From positions 938-64,937 of the forward strand of contig CAZWQF010000006.1 in NCBI GenBank assembly GCA_964636285.1: a DNA stretch of 64,000 nucleotides, read 5' to 3'. This document shows, piece by piece, positions 38,077 through 47,668 of this stretch. The notes beneath the pieces are model-generated. The model was not told the DNA's origin. It made no database searches and saw nothing but the letters and a program-made list of their open reading frames with translations. The stretch comes from an uncultured Candidatus Saccharibacteria bacterium. Lineage in GTDB: Bacteria > Patescibacteriota > WWE3 > UBA101185 > 2-01-FULL-41-18. The position numbers were made by a program, and so were the translations under genes. Positions within the stretch are counted from its first letter, which is position 1; every line of letters starts with the position of its first letter.

Positions 38077-39084
38077 TTAAATGCTAATTTGCATTGCCTC
38101 TTTAGCGACATCTAGTGTCTTTTTTGCCTCAAATCTGGTCTTTTCGATTCCCGTAACAAGAATGTCTCTCACAAGATTTCTGTTATTTTCAAAATAAATT
38201 CTTTTCTCTCTAATAGGTGCAATAAATGCGTTTACCGCTACGAGAAGCTTCTGTTTTACCTCAACGTCGCCAACTTTACCTACAAGATACCTAGCTTTTA
38301 GATCTTCAACCTCTTCTTTATTCGAATTAAATGCGTCGTGGTAAATAAAAACAGGATTCCCCTCAACAGTCCCCGGATCCGTGGCTCTAATTCTCTTAGG
38401 GTCAGTGTACATATTCATTATCTTTTGTTTGACCTCTTCAGGCGAGTCGCTAAGATAAATGCAGTTACCAAGTGACTTGGTCATCTTGGCGCTTCCATCT
38501 GTACCTACAAGCCTCTTCACCCTTCCTACAAGCCCTTTTGTCTCCTTAAGCACTTCAGAGCCTTTACCGTAGTTTAAGTTGAAAGTCCTAACAATTTCAT
38601 TTGTTTGCTCCACGTGAGGAAGTTGGTCCTCCCCAACGGGTACTAGGTCGGCACCAACACTGATAATGTCAGCTGCCTGCAAAATAGGGAAGTTGATAAA
38701 GCCTAGGGAGTAGTTATCCCCCATACCTTTTACCTTAATCTCGTCTTTAATAGTAGGGTTTCTAAGCGCTCTAGAATGTGAAACAAGCATGCTAAAGATC
38801 ACACCAAGCTCATAAATTTCAGGTACGGAGGACTCTACAAAAATAAAAGACTTGTTTGGATCAAGCCCCACTGCAAGATTGTCCATTGCAACCTCAAATA
38901 CCGCCTGGCTAACAACTTCGGGGTTAGAAACATACTTTGGGTACGCAAAAGCATGCATATCCGCAAGGATAATAAAGGTTTCGTATTCTTCTTGGAGCTT
39001 TACTCTGTTTTCAAGAGAACCAACATAATGGCCTAAATGAAGCTTCCCAGTTGGGTTATCTCCTGTCAGAATTCGCTTTTTCAT
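38077..39084 (-). CDS. trpS: Tryptophanyl-tRNA synthetase
   Basis: PTGKLHLGH, QAADI, VPVGEDQ, KMTKS. Confidence 0.96.
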   Translation of the reverse strand: MKKRILTGDNPTGKLHLGHYVGSLENRVKLQEEYETFIILADMHAFAYPKYVSNPEVVSQAVFEVAMDNLAVGLDPNKSFIFVESSVPEIYELGVIFSMLVSHSRALRNPTIKDEIKVKGMGDNYSLGFINFPILQAADIISVGADLVPVGEDQLPHVEQTNEIVRTFNLNYGKGSEVLKETKGLVGRVKRLVGTDGSAKMTKSLGNCIYLSDSPEEVKQKIMNMYTDPKRIRATDPGTVEGNPVFIYHDAFNSNKEEVEDLKARYLVGKVGDVEVKQKLLVAVNAFIAPIREKRIYFENNRNLVRDILVTGIEKTRFEAKKTLDVAKEAMQISI

Positions 39085-39127
39085 GTGCTGATTATAAAGG
39101 TAAAAAGGCTAAATCGCGAGGATTTCT

Positions 39128-39202
39128 TGGTGCCAGCGGTAGGAATTGAACCTACAACATGAGCTTTATGAGGGCTCCGTTCCACCATTGAACTACGCTG
39201 GC
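39128..39202 (-). tRNA. tRNA with CAU anticodon, probably elongator tRNA-Met
   Basis: GCCAGCG/CGCTGGC acceptor stem, CT-CAT-AA loop, TTCAATT T-loop, encoded CCA. Confidence 0.85.
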
Positions 39203-39290
39203 AAACACCGCAGATATAGTTAACTCAGTGGATTATATCAAATTGTTGTAAAAATAGGGAAGCTTAGAGCTATGGGATAATAGGGACTTT

Positions 39291-39364
39291 TGGTTGCGGG
39301 GCCCGGATTCGCACCGGGACCTTCAGATTATGAGCCTGACGAGGTGCTATTCCTCCACCCCGCG
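39291..39364 (-). tRNA. Initiator tRNA-fMet (CAU), atypical
   Basis: CGCGGGG start with C1:A72 mismatch, CT-CAT-AA loop, encoded CCA. Confidence 0.9.
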
Positions 39365-39404
39365 TCAAAGTCCGCCAGTATAGTACCACTTAAGCCTGTA
39401 CCTG

Positions 39405-39782
39405 TCAAAAAAAGAGCTCCAGCCACTTTTTGTAATTTGGGAGACTTGCCTTATCAACCATACCCTCTCGTAGCTCCTCCGATAAACTCTTCCCCTGTGT
39501 AGAGGCACCTGCAACCACAGGAATTAAGACTTTTTCCCCAGGCTTTGCCAAATTAAGCTTGTTTCTTGCAACACCCTCAACAAACCCTTCGGTTTTACTA
39601 TACTCATACTCACTGGACAGCTTTTTATTGTCCTCTTTCATACTAAAAACCTCACTCCTAAGTTGCTCCAACCTCTTGCTACTTTCATGAATTTCAAGTG
39701 TAGTTTTGGTAATATTATAGGTTGCCACAAGGAATAAGGCAGCAAACAGGAGATATTTAGCTCTGGACAGGATTTCAAACAT
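39405..39782 (-). CDS. Septum formation initiator (FtsB/DivIC-like)
   Basis: TM, coiled coil, VEGVARNKLNLAKPGE. Confidence 0.8.
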   Translation of the reverse strand: MFEILSRAKYLLFAALFLVATYNITKTTLEIHESSKRLEQLRSEVFSMKEDNKKLSSEYEYSKTEGFVEGVARNKLNLAKPGEKVLIPVVAGASTQGKSLSEELREGMVDKASLPNYKKWLELFF

Positions 39783-39883
39783 ATTTGTAAGCTCCAAACA
39801 GACCCATAGAGTAGGTTTGACAGCATCTTCCAATAATGCTAATCTACCCCATAGGAGTCACAATTTCAAGGATATTAAACAAT

Positions 39884-40747
39884 ATGATACCACTTAAAAC
39901 AGCTCATAAAAACTTTGTTGAGCACTTAAAAACCAATAACAGATCAGAAGCTACAGTCATAGCCTATAGTAAGGATGTTGAGCAGCTTAACGATTTCCTT
40001 TATAAAAAGGGCAGAAACCTTGTTCATGAGGTGATTCTTCAGGATTTAGTTGAATACATGAAGAAGCTTGCAACTGAGTCTTTTACCGCCAAATCAATCT
40101 CAAGAAAGACCAATTCCACAAAGACCTTCTTTAAATATTTAAAAATTGAAGGACACGTTGAAACAGACCCGGCAACAGAGCTTTCGCATCCTAAAGTAGA
40201 TCCAAAAGCACCAAGAATACTTTCTAAAGTAGAGTACAGAGCTCTCAGGGACGCTTGTAAAAACGATATCAGAACATTAGCTATTGTCGAACTTTTACTT
40301 CAAACAGGTATAAGAATAGGGGAACTTGCAAAGCTTAAAGTCTCAGATATCTCAAACGGTGATAGCGGAAAGCTTAAAGTACCTTCTCTTGGAACACACC
40401 AAGAAAGAGAAGTACCCCTCAACCAAGCAGCCCAAAAGGCTCTCAGAGATTACATTCATATCAGAGGAGAAGTTAAAAACGACCACCTTTTTGTGACCAA
40501 AACAGGCAACCCACTTCTTGTAAGAAACATCAGAGCTACAATTGACAGGTTCTTTAGACTTGCAGGAATCGAAGGGGCAAAAGTCAACGACCTTAGACAC
40601 ACTTTTGTTGCTCACCACCTCAGAGAAGGGGCAAATCTTGTCCTGATCTCAAAGATTGCAGGGCACAAAAGAATTTCTACTACAGAAAAATATCTTGAGT
40701 ATGTAGAAAGAAAAGGCGAAGAAAAAACAGATCTTGTTGAGCTCTAA
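39884..40747 (+). CDS. XerC/XerD-like tyrosine recombinase
   Basis: SAM-like N-domain; TGIRIGE, NDLRHT, AGH, TTEKY. Confidence 0.88.
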   Translation: MIPLKTAHKNFVEHLKTNNRSEATVIAYSKDVEQLNDFLYKKGRNLVHEVILQDLVEYMKKLATESFTAKSISRKTNSTKTFFKYLKIEGHVETDPATELSHPKVDPKAPRILSKVEYRALRDACKNDIRTLAIVELLLQTGIRIGELAKLKVSDISNGDSGKLKVPSLGTHQEREVPLNQAAQKALRDYIHIRGEVKNDHLFVTKTGNPLLVRNIRATIDRFFRLAGIEGAKVNDLRHTFVAHHLREGANLVLISKIAGHKRISTTEKYLEYVERKGEEKTDLVEL

Positions 40748-40750
40748 TCC

Positions 40751-41155
40751 TTATTTAGCGGTTTTTGTAACCTTAACCCTTGAAACAACAAGGTAAGCGC
40801 AAAGAGCTATAAACACAAGGGAAACTCCCATAACACCTATTTCAAACAGACCTATTGATGTGCTGTTATTTTTGTATCCAGGGCTTTTGCAGTATTCTGA
40901 AATAACAGAGAAATCAGGCCCCAAATCCTTCACCACAAAAGACATTTTTCCAACACTTTCAGGAATCTGGCAGTAAGTTGCAAGCTCTTCACCTAAGTTT
41001 GGATTTTCAACCTCGCCCCCATACCTTACAACGCAGTCGCCCTGTGAATTTTTACCCACCACTTCGTAGGCAAAAGACCCATAAGTGATATACACTCGCT
41101 CTTTCGCAGGCGCACATTCCAAAAAATCAATTGAGACTGTTCTTATATCTGACAT
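40751..41155 (-). CDS. Hypothetical protein with C-terminal TM
   Basis: Four Cys in the soluble part, hydrophobic C-terminus; start may lie further upstream. Confidence 0.55.
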   Translation of the reverse strand: MSDIRTVSIDFLECAPAKERVYITYGSFAYEVVGKNSQGDCVVRYGGEVENPNLGEELATYCQIPESVGKMSFVVKDLGPDFSVISEYCKSPGYKNNSTSIGLFEIGVMGVSLVFIALCAYLVVSRVKVTKTAK

Positions 41156-41186
41156 AGCTTTACTCTAAATGATACTATATTTACAC

Positions 41187-42908
41187 ATGGACTTTTTCAT
41201 TGAGTTAAGCACACTGCTCTTACTTACTCTCTCAGTTTCTATTGTTATGAGGCTTTTAAAACAGCCTCTCATAATAGGTTATATATTTGCTGGTATTCTT
41301 GCAGGGCCTCATTTTCTAAACCTACTTAAGTCCCCTGAAATAGTTGAGGTGTTTTCAAAATTTGGAATTGAAGTGCTTTTGTTTATTGTGGGACTAGGGC
41401 TTAGCCCAAAGGTTGTAAAGGAACTGGGTAAAGTATCGCTGGCAACAGGCGCAGGTCAAGTTGTAGCAACATCAGTAATTGGATACTTTATTGGCACAGC
41501 ACTTGGATATAAAAGTTTAGAAGCTGCATATATCTCTATTGCTTTAACATTTAGCAGCACAATAATCATCTTAAAACTTCTATCTGACAAAGGAGACGTA
41601 AATAAACTTTACGGTCGAATAGCTGTAGGCTTTCTACTCGTTCAGGACCTTGTAGCAACAATGTTACTTGTTTTTGTATCAGCCGCATCCTCTGCTTCTG
41701 GACAAGCAAACCCTGCGGCAACGGTGTCATTAATATTCCTAAAAGGTATTGCTCTACTTGTTCTCCTCTTTGCAATCTCAAACTACCTTCTCCCAAAGCT
41801 AGAATCTTTTTTGGCAGGATCCCAAGAACTTCTCTTTATTTTTTCACTCGCATGGGGAGCAGGTATAGGCAGTTTGTACTATATCAGTGGCCTTTCGATT
41901 GAAATCGGAGCTCTTGTTGCAGGAGTTTGCCTTTCAATGACACCTTACGCAGGAGAAGTTGCCTCAAGACTTAAGCCTCTTAGAGACTTTTTTATTGTAA
42001 TGTTCTTCTTGTTTTTAGGGTCTCAGATGTCCGGCGCAAATTGGCAAAACATGATTGTTCCAATTATTGTTTTCTCTCTATTCATTCTTGTTGGTAACCC
42101 CTTAATCATGCTCATTGTAATGAACATTCTAGGGTTTAGCACAAGGACAGGTTTTCTTAGTGGACTCCTTGCAGCTCAGATCAGCGAATTCTCCCTCATA
42201 TTAATTGCGCTTGCATATAAAGTTGGTCATATCTCAAACGAAGTAGTCTCAATGGTAACAATCGTGGGTGTAATTACAATTTCAGGGTCTACTTATTTAA
42301 TCCTTTCTGGCGAAAAGCTTTACGAGTACCTAAAAGGACACCTCAAACACTTTGAGATCAGAAAACAAAGATCAGAAAAAGACGAAAACCCAGGCCGATA
42401 CGATGCCATTCTTTTTGGCTACCATAGAGTTGGTAGGGATTTTGTGGACCTGTTTAAAAGGCTAAACTTTGAGTATCTTGTAATAGATTTCAATCCAGAA
42501 GCTATCAGAAAACTCACGGAAAGTGGAATCCCAAACAGGTATGGCGACGTTGAGGACATAGAGTTTTTGGACGAGCTTCCGTTAAATGAGGTTAAACTTG
42601 TTGTGTCCACAGTTCCGGATTATGATGCAAACCTGCTTCTTGTTAAACGAATAAGAAATGCGAACCAAGCCACTTCCGTAATTGTAATATCAAAAAACAT
42701 TGAAGACGCCCTAGATCTATACAACTCAGGTGCAAGTTATGTTGTAATGCCTCACTACCTAGGCGCAAAGTTTGCAAGCCAAGTTATATCAAGAAACAAC
42801 ATAAACCCAAACACAATGCTACAAGAAAGAGAAGCTCACATAGAATATTTGAAGAAAAAACTCCTGGTGGGTCAGGATGGGATCGAACCATCGACATCCA
42901 CTTTATAA
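41187..42908 (+). CDS. CPA2/Kef-type cation:proton antiporter with TrkA-N (RCK) domain
   Basis: FSSTIII, QDL, LRDFF, QISEFS, GYHRVG, YGD. Confidence 0.9.
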   Translation: MDFFIELSTLLLLTLSVSIVMRLLKQPLIIGYIFAGILAGPHFLNLLKSPEIVEVFSKFGIEVLLFIVGLGLSPKVVKELGKVSLATGAGQVVATSVIGYFIGTALGYKSLEAAYISIALTFSSTIIILKLLSDKGDVNKLYGRIAVGFLLVQDLVATMLLVFVSAASSASGQANPAATVSLIFLKGIALLVLLFAISNYLLPKLESFLAGSQELLFIFSLAWGAGIGSLYYISGLSIEIGALVAGVCLSMTPYAGEVASRLKPLRDFFIVMFFLFLGSQMSGANWQNMIVPIIVFSLFILVGNPLIMLIVMNILGFSTRTGFLSGLLAAQISEFSLILIALAYKVGHISNEVVSMVTIVGVITISGSTYLILSGEKLYEYLKGHLKHFEIRKQRSEKDENPGRYDAILFGYHRVGRDFVDLFKRLNFEYLVIDFNPEAIRKLTESGIPNRYGDVEDIEFLDELPLNEVKLVVSTVPDYDANLLLVKRIRNANQATSVIVISKNIEDALDLYNSGASYVVMPHYLGAKFASQVISRNNINPNTMLQEREAHIEYLKKKLLVGQDGIEPSTSTL

Positions 42909-42939
42909 GAGTGGCGCTCTACCACTGAGCTACTGACCC
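42865..42939 (-). tRNA. tRNA-Ile (UAU)
   Basis: GGGTCAG/CTGACCC acceptor, CCACT-CT-TAT-AA-AGTGG anticodon arm, TTCGATC T-loop, A73, CCA. Confidence 0.9.
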
Positions 42940-43021
42940 AGGAACAAGCTAACTCAAAGGATTATATCACTTAAATATATTTAAATTACATGTGATTAAA
43001 AGGAATTTCTAAAAGTGTAAG

Positions 43022-43396
43022 CTATTTAACTTCTCCTGACACAACCTTGTTTTCGGTCTTAAAAACCTTGCCATCCTCAGTCTTTATTTCAACTGAAAAG
43101 TTGTTTTCTTTGCCTGGAAGCAAACCATCAATGTAGTACGAGTGCTCTGTTGTAGGACCTTTCTCAGAGGTTTCAACCCCGTACAAAGGCGTTGTTCCAT
43201 AATGTACTTTGGTTGTAACTGGTTTTTGAGTCTTAAAAGAAAGCACCATCCCTGAACTTTCAACCCTTGAATACGAAAGCTCGTTCAAGTGAACCCCTTT
43301 AATTCGCATTAAAATACTGTTTTTATTCCAATAAAAGTAACCCCCAGCAATTCCAAGTAAAAACATTATTAGAAACACAACTATGTAAACTTTCAT
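43022..43396 (-). CDS. Membrane-anchored fibronectin-III-like protein
   Basis: TM; VHYGTT..YG, EHSYYIDGLLPG. Confidence 0.7.
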   Translation of the reverse strand: MKVYIVVFLIMFLLGIAGGYFYWNKNSILMRIKGVHLNELSYSRVESSGMVLSFKTQKPVTTKVHYGTTPLYGVETSEKGPTTEHSYYIDGLLPGKENNFSVEIKTEDGKVFKTENKVVSGEVK

Positions 43397-43755
43397 AGAT
43401 CTTTAAGGTCTGAAGAGAAAATAAAGCTTTTGAATTTTCTTAAAAGCCTCTTGTTCTTTTTATACGCTTTACCTTTATAGTCATTAATTTGTCTGATAAC
43501 CTCCTCTATAGACTCATCTATAGCCCCCTCAACACTAAAACCACCGGCATTTGCAATAAAGGACTTGTTAGGAACAAACACCTCTGACTTAACAACAAAT
43601 CCAAACCTTGGGCCTTTATTTATCACCATTCTGATTTCTCGTAAGTCCTCGCCAACATCTTTAATAACTCGTTCGATTTTCTTGGCTTTCTCTAAAGCTA
43701 ATTCATGTGTAGTGGGTCTTAATTGAAGATTTGTAGATGTAATTTGGTATCCCAT
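43393..43755 (-). CDS. HPF/RaiA-like ribosome hibernation factor
   Basis: QITSTNLQL...EKAKKIER...AIDESIEEVIRQINDYK pattern. Confidence 0.65.
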   Translation of the reverse strand: MGYQITSTNLQLRPTTHELALEKAKKIERVIKDVGEDLREIRMVINKGPRFGFVVKSEVFVPNKSFIANAGGFSVEGAIDESIEEVIRQINDYKGKAYKKNKRLLRKFKSFIFSSDLKDL

Positions 43756-43820
43756 GTCTCTATTAAGAGTATAGCACTTAAGCAGCTACGTATAAATAAG
43801 AATTATCACAAAGCTAAAGA

Positions 43821-44957
43821 TCAGGATTCCAAAACGAATGGAGCCCTTGAATCTATAGTTTTTTGCATGAGAGCCCTGTCTTGAGGCCTGTTTATTAGCA
43901 CACATCCGTCAAGCTTTCCCTCTCGCACAAAAAACTGAGCACATTCGGTAGGCGAATAGAACTTTGTGGAAGTCTTAGTTTTTTCATCAACTCCGGTAAA
44001 CCCCACAAAGACCAAATTGAGCTCCTTTATGTTTGAGGAATAAGAAGATAGGCTATCGAATGATAAGTTCTCGCCAAGCATATTAAACCCCGCAGCCCTT
44101 CCACTGGTAAGCGCGTTATTCCAGTTTCCATACCTTACATATCTCCCAAGCTTGTTGCTGTAGAATTTAGCTATATCCCCAGCCGCGTACACATCAGGAA
44201 TGTTTGTTTTAAGTGTTGCGTCTGTAACAATCCCCATATCAAAAGTTAACGGGGAGTCTTTCATAAACCCTCTTTGCATTTCGATTCCAATACCCACTCC
44301 AACCACAGTTTTAGGATCTTCAACAAAAACTTTATAGGAGTCTGGCATATCTGACTTAAAGATTTTTACACCTTTATGCTCAAGGATCTGGATAATTGTG
44401 TTTGACACCTGGGGATCAAGAAATCCTGCCCAAAAACCTTTTTTTGAAACTCCAAGATAGGACTCAAGACCTGCTCTTAAAAAGCTTTCGATGAGCTCAA
44501 GAGCAATAAAACCACTTCCAATCACAGCCCCTCTAGTCGACTTCTGAATTGAGTCAACAAGCCTATCTGCGTCCTCAATGGTGTACATAAAATGGCCGTT
44601 ATCTACCCCTGTAAGCTTTCTAGGAGCGCCTCCAGTAGTAATTAGGAGCTTCTTATACCCAAACGAATCCCCATCAAAGCAATGCACTGTTTTTTTATCA
44701 AAATCAATGGATTGAACCTCTTTTGAAACCAAATATTCAATGTTTTTTGCCCTGTAATCTTCAAGGCTTCTTAAAAATATTTCTGATCTTTTCTTTTCGC
44801 CTCTAATGTAGTGAGGGATTAAAACTCTGGAGTATAAAGGATTTGCCTCATGGGATAAAACAGTCACCAAGGAAGTAGTGTCTTTACTCCTGATAGCTTC
44901 TGCTGCGGAAGTTCCAGCAATACCCCCACCAATAATTAAAAAATCAACATTTTTCAC
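43821..44957 (-). CDS. FAD/NAD(P)-dependent oxidoreductase (rubredoxin/ferredoxin reductase-like)
   Basis: GGGIAG, YSR, GSGFIALE, YAAGDIA. Confidence 0.88.
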   Translation of the reverse strand: MKNVDFLIIGGGIAGTSAAEAIRSKDTTSLVTVLSHEANPLYSRVLIPHYIRGEKKRSEIFLRSLEDYRAKNIEYLVSKEVQSIDFDKKTVHCFDGDSFGYKKLLITTGGAPRKLTGVDNGHFMYTIEDADRLVDSIQKSTRGAVIGSGFIALELIESFLRAGLESYLGVSKKGFWAGFLDPQVSNTIIQILEHKGVKIFKSDMPDSYKVFVEDPKTVVGVGIGIEMQRGFMKDSPLTFDMGIVTDATLKTNIPDVYAAGDIAKFYSNKLGRYVRYGNWNNALTSGRAAGFNMLGENLSFDSLSSYSSNIKELNLVFVGFTGVDEKTKTSTKFYSPTECAQFFVREGKLDGCVLINRPQDRALMQKTIDSRAPFVLES

Positions 44958-45011
44958 CCACCGATAATACTCTGCAACCTAGTTTTTTAGCAAGGATCAA
45001 ACCCTGTAGTA

Positions 45012-45572
45012 TTACTTCTTTAAGGAGTTGGAAAGAGCAGGGGAGAATCTCACAGGATCTCCAACATTAAAGCCAAACCTCTCAGCTAGCCCTGAATTTA
45101 CCTCAACAACATATTTTGCATTCGAATCAGGAGTTATTTGATAGCAGGTCTCTTTTGTCTTACAAGGCTCGGCGTTTTGTTTAATGTAAGACACCTTAAA
45201 ATCTTCAGAAACCCAGACTATATCAAGAGGAATTAAAGTTTTATACATCCAAAACGAGGGCCTTCCTACCGAATCAAACACAAAAAGCATCCCGGAATCT
45301 TTTGGAAGCGAACTTCTTCCCATAAGGCCCCTTGCCCTTTCGTTAAAAGAATCCGCAACCTCAACATCAAAACGCTGGTTTTTAACTTCAACCCAAACAT
45401 CTTTTGAAACGCTTTGCCTCAAAACGGAGTCTTTGCTTGGTTTCATTGTAAGAAGAGCAACAAAAGAAATTACTCCAAAAATTATGATTGGAATAACTAT
45501 GAAAACCGACATTTTTCTTTTTTTGACTGCATCGGGGTCGGCAGTGTTCTTTAATACTTCCTGCATATTCAA
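45012..45572 (-). CDS. DUF192 family protein
   Basis: EVAD...RARGLM, GMLFVF, FWM..TLIPLD, YVVEVNSG. Confidence 0.9.
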   Translation of the reverse strand: MNMQEVLKNTADPDAVKKRKMSVFIVIPIIIFGVISFVALLTMKPSKDSVLRQSVSKDVWVEVKNQRFDVEVADSFNERARGLMGRSSLPKDSGMLFVFDSVGRPSFWMYKTLIPLDIVWVSEDFKVSYIKQNAEPCKTKETCYQITPDSNAKYVVEVNSGLAERFGFNVGDPVRFSPALSNSLKK

Positions 45573-46333
45573 ATATTATAATAATACTCTTCTAGTGCTG
45601 GTGTTTTAGCAATAGTAACGCACCAAACATGCCTAAATCCAAACTCTTTGAGTACCAAAGTAGCCGAAAGTAGGGTAGCTCCGGTAGTACATACGTCGTC
45701 GATCAAAATTATGTCTAAAGAGCTTGGATCAAAAAGCATTTTAGCCTTTAAATCAACGAACTTCTCTGACACTGCGAAGATACTTTTTACATTCTTTTTT
45801 CTATCAGATTTAGTAGCAGTGGTTGCCTGATCTACAGTCTCAAGACTTTTAACAAGTAGGTTTGTTGTACACCCAACCTCTAAAGTCTTAGCAAACATTT
45901 TTGCAATTATCTCCGCCTGGTTAAAGCCCCTTTCAGCGTACCTCTTTTTAGAGAGGGGGATAGGAACAGCAAGCACCTTTGATCTACATGTTTTTGGGAT
46001 ACATGCATAGGAGCTCTTTACCAAAGGCGCAGAGAGATTACACAGGTACTCAAGGTAGCTGAAAGTCTTCCCCGCAAACTTTGAAGCCAAAATCGCACTT
46101 CTAACAGCCCCTTCGTAATTAAAAACAGAGATAAGTCTTTCAGGATTTAAAGCGCCAAGGCAACACGAATGAGTAAACCCTAAAACGCTCGGCTTACCAC
46201 ATACAACACAAGTGCTTTCCCTAAGCACAGTTTTATTTAGGCATTCTCTGCAGATAAAAAGTCCAAATCTCCCACAACCTATACAAGAAGGAGGGTACAT
46301 TATGTCAAGAAAAGTTGTGAACAGCTTTTCCAC
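45569..46333 (-). CDS. comF: ComF family protein (zinc ribbons plus PRTase domain)
   Basis: CxxC repeats, RGFNQA, LIDDVCTTGATL. Confidence 0.9.
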   Translation of the reverse strand: MEKLFTTFLDIMYPPSCIGCGRFGLFICRECLNKTVLRESTCVVCGKPSVLGFTHSCCLGALNPERLISVFNYEGAVRSAILASKFAGKTFSYLEYLCNLSAPLVKSSYACIPKTCRSKVLAVPIPLSKKRYAERGFNQAEIIAKMFAKTLEVGCTTNLLVKSLETVDQATTATKSDRKKNVKSIFAVSEKFVDLKAKMLFDPSSLDIILIDDVCTTGATLLSATLVLKEFGFRHVWCVTIAKTPALEEYYYNI

Positions 46334-46458
46334 AATTGTTGAGAGGTTGTAGTGAAAACAAAAAACAAGTACTAGGCCTGTAGTAGTGATGTGTAGACAT
46401 CCTATAACTATTTATGTTTGAGATCAATATTTTTCTCAAAAACTTATATAATGAGCTG

Positions 46459-47151
46459 ATGAAAGTAGCTTTCTTAGACATTGATAAGACTTTGTACAAC
46501 GGATACCTATTTTACGAATGGGCTAGGTATATGGAGAACAAAGGCATTTTTTCTTTTATAGACTTTGCTAAATTTCAGGAGATCGGAGTGTTCTACGAGC
46601 TAGGTGCTGTTGACTACACAAAAGCAGCAACAATGACATCGGAAGTAATAGGGGAGGTGCTTAAAGACAATAAATTTGATGTAGTAATAAAGCACACTCA
46701 GAACTTCATAGATTCGGTTAAGAACAGATATTTTGACTACTCCCCAGCAATAATTAAGTACCTTAAGAAACAAGGGTACTTAATTGTTTTTGTTACAACG
46801 GAACCTGATTTTCTTGCCGAAATGGTAAAGGCTCAAATTGGCGGGGACGATGCAATAGGAATTGACTATACAGTAAAGGAAGGCTTGTTCACTGGAGAAT
46901 TAACAAACGATCTTTTTTCGCAGTTTGGAAAGGCTAATACTGTGAGCAAGTTTGCAAAAGAGCACGGACTGAACATGGAAGAGTGTTTTTCAATGGGGGA
47001 TTCCGAAGGGGATATTGAAATGCTTAAGCTTACGGGCAGGTCTGTAATAATAAACACGAGTGGGCAAATTAAGGAGCTTATTCGTGATACAAAAATAATT
47101 CAGGCCAGGCGAGAGATGGTACTTGAGGATATGGTTATGACAGGAGTATGA
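46459..47151 (+). CDS. HAD-IB family hydrolase
   Basis: DIDKTL, GK, GDSEGD; TATAAT 6 nt before ATG. Confidence 0.88.
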   Translation: MKVAFLDIDKTLYNGYLFYEWARYMENKGIFSFIDFAKFQEIGVFYELGAVDYTKAATMTSEVIGEVLKDNKFDVVIKHTQNFIDSVKNRYFDYSPAIIKYLKKQGYLIVFVTTEPDFLAEMVKAQIGGDDAIGIDYTVKEGLFTGELTNDLFSQFGKANTVSKFAKEHGLNMEECFSMGDSEGDIEMLKLTGRSVIINTSGQIKELIRDTKIIQARREMVLEDMVMTGV

Positions 47152-47152
47152 G

Positions 47153-47668
47153 ATGTATAAAATAATTATTGAGGTCTTTAGGGCAAAAATTGAGGGCAAT
47201 TCCATACTCTATACAAAACATGATGTGGTTGTAGGGGAGGATGACAAAAGAGACCCAGACGAACTAGTACACGAAGAGCTTATTAAGCACATGCATGTTG
47301 AAAACATAAATAAAGCTATCACGCACTCTACAAGCTGGAGGTTTCAAAAAGACGGGTCTATAGTTTTAACCTACCTTGTTTATTCGGACTTTGACGACCT
47401 TTCGAGCAAGTACGATCAGGATCACAAAATACACGCACTTAAGATTGAGGATATGGAAATAGCTAGAAGTAAATCCCACAGGTCACCAAGACCGGAAAAG
47501 ATTGAGGAAAAAAACGTAGTCTCCCACGCAATAAGACATCTAGCATTTTTAATTCAGGTTGGGGATAAGGATAGATACTCAAAGTTATTAGGTAGAAATG
47601 TTAGTAAACTTACCCAAATATTTCCACAAGTTTCAGGGAGAATTCGCAGTGACTTTTTTCCTATATGA
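47153..47668 (+). CDS. Hypothetical protein
   Basis: Operonic ORF; HSTSWR, LTY, HAIRHLAFL motifs. Confidence 0.7.
   Translation: MYKIIIEVFRAKIEGNSILYTKHDVVVGEDDKRDPDELVHEELIKHMHVENINKAITHSTSWRFQKDGSIVLTYLVYSDFDDLSSKYDQDHKIHALKIEDMEIARSKSHRSPRPEKIEEKNVVSHAIRHLAFLIQVGDKDRYSKLLGRNVSKLTQIFPQVSGRIRSDFFPI

Noticed and set aside
39290-39502. 70 aa plus-strand ORF
   Set aside because: It is the antisense reading of the tRNA-fMet gene.
39128-42939. Integrative element bounded by tRNAs around the tyrosine recombinase
   Set aside because: No duplicated tRNA 3' end, the cargo is housekeeping-like (FtsB-like, antiporter) and composition matches background.
46313-46400. Second origin near comF (TTTTCCACA at 46326-46334, GTAGTAGTG)
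   Set aside because: Only one good box, no proper AT-rich/trio arrangement, and the compositional switch lies at about 52.4 kb.
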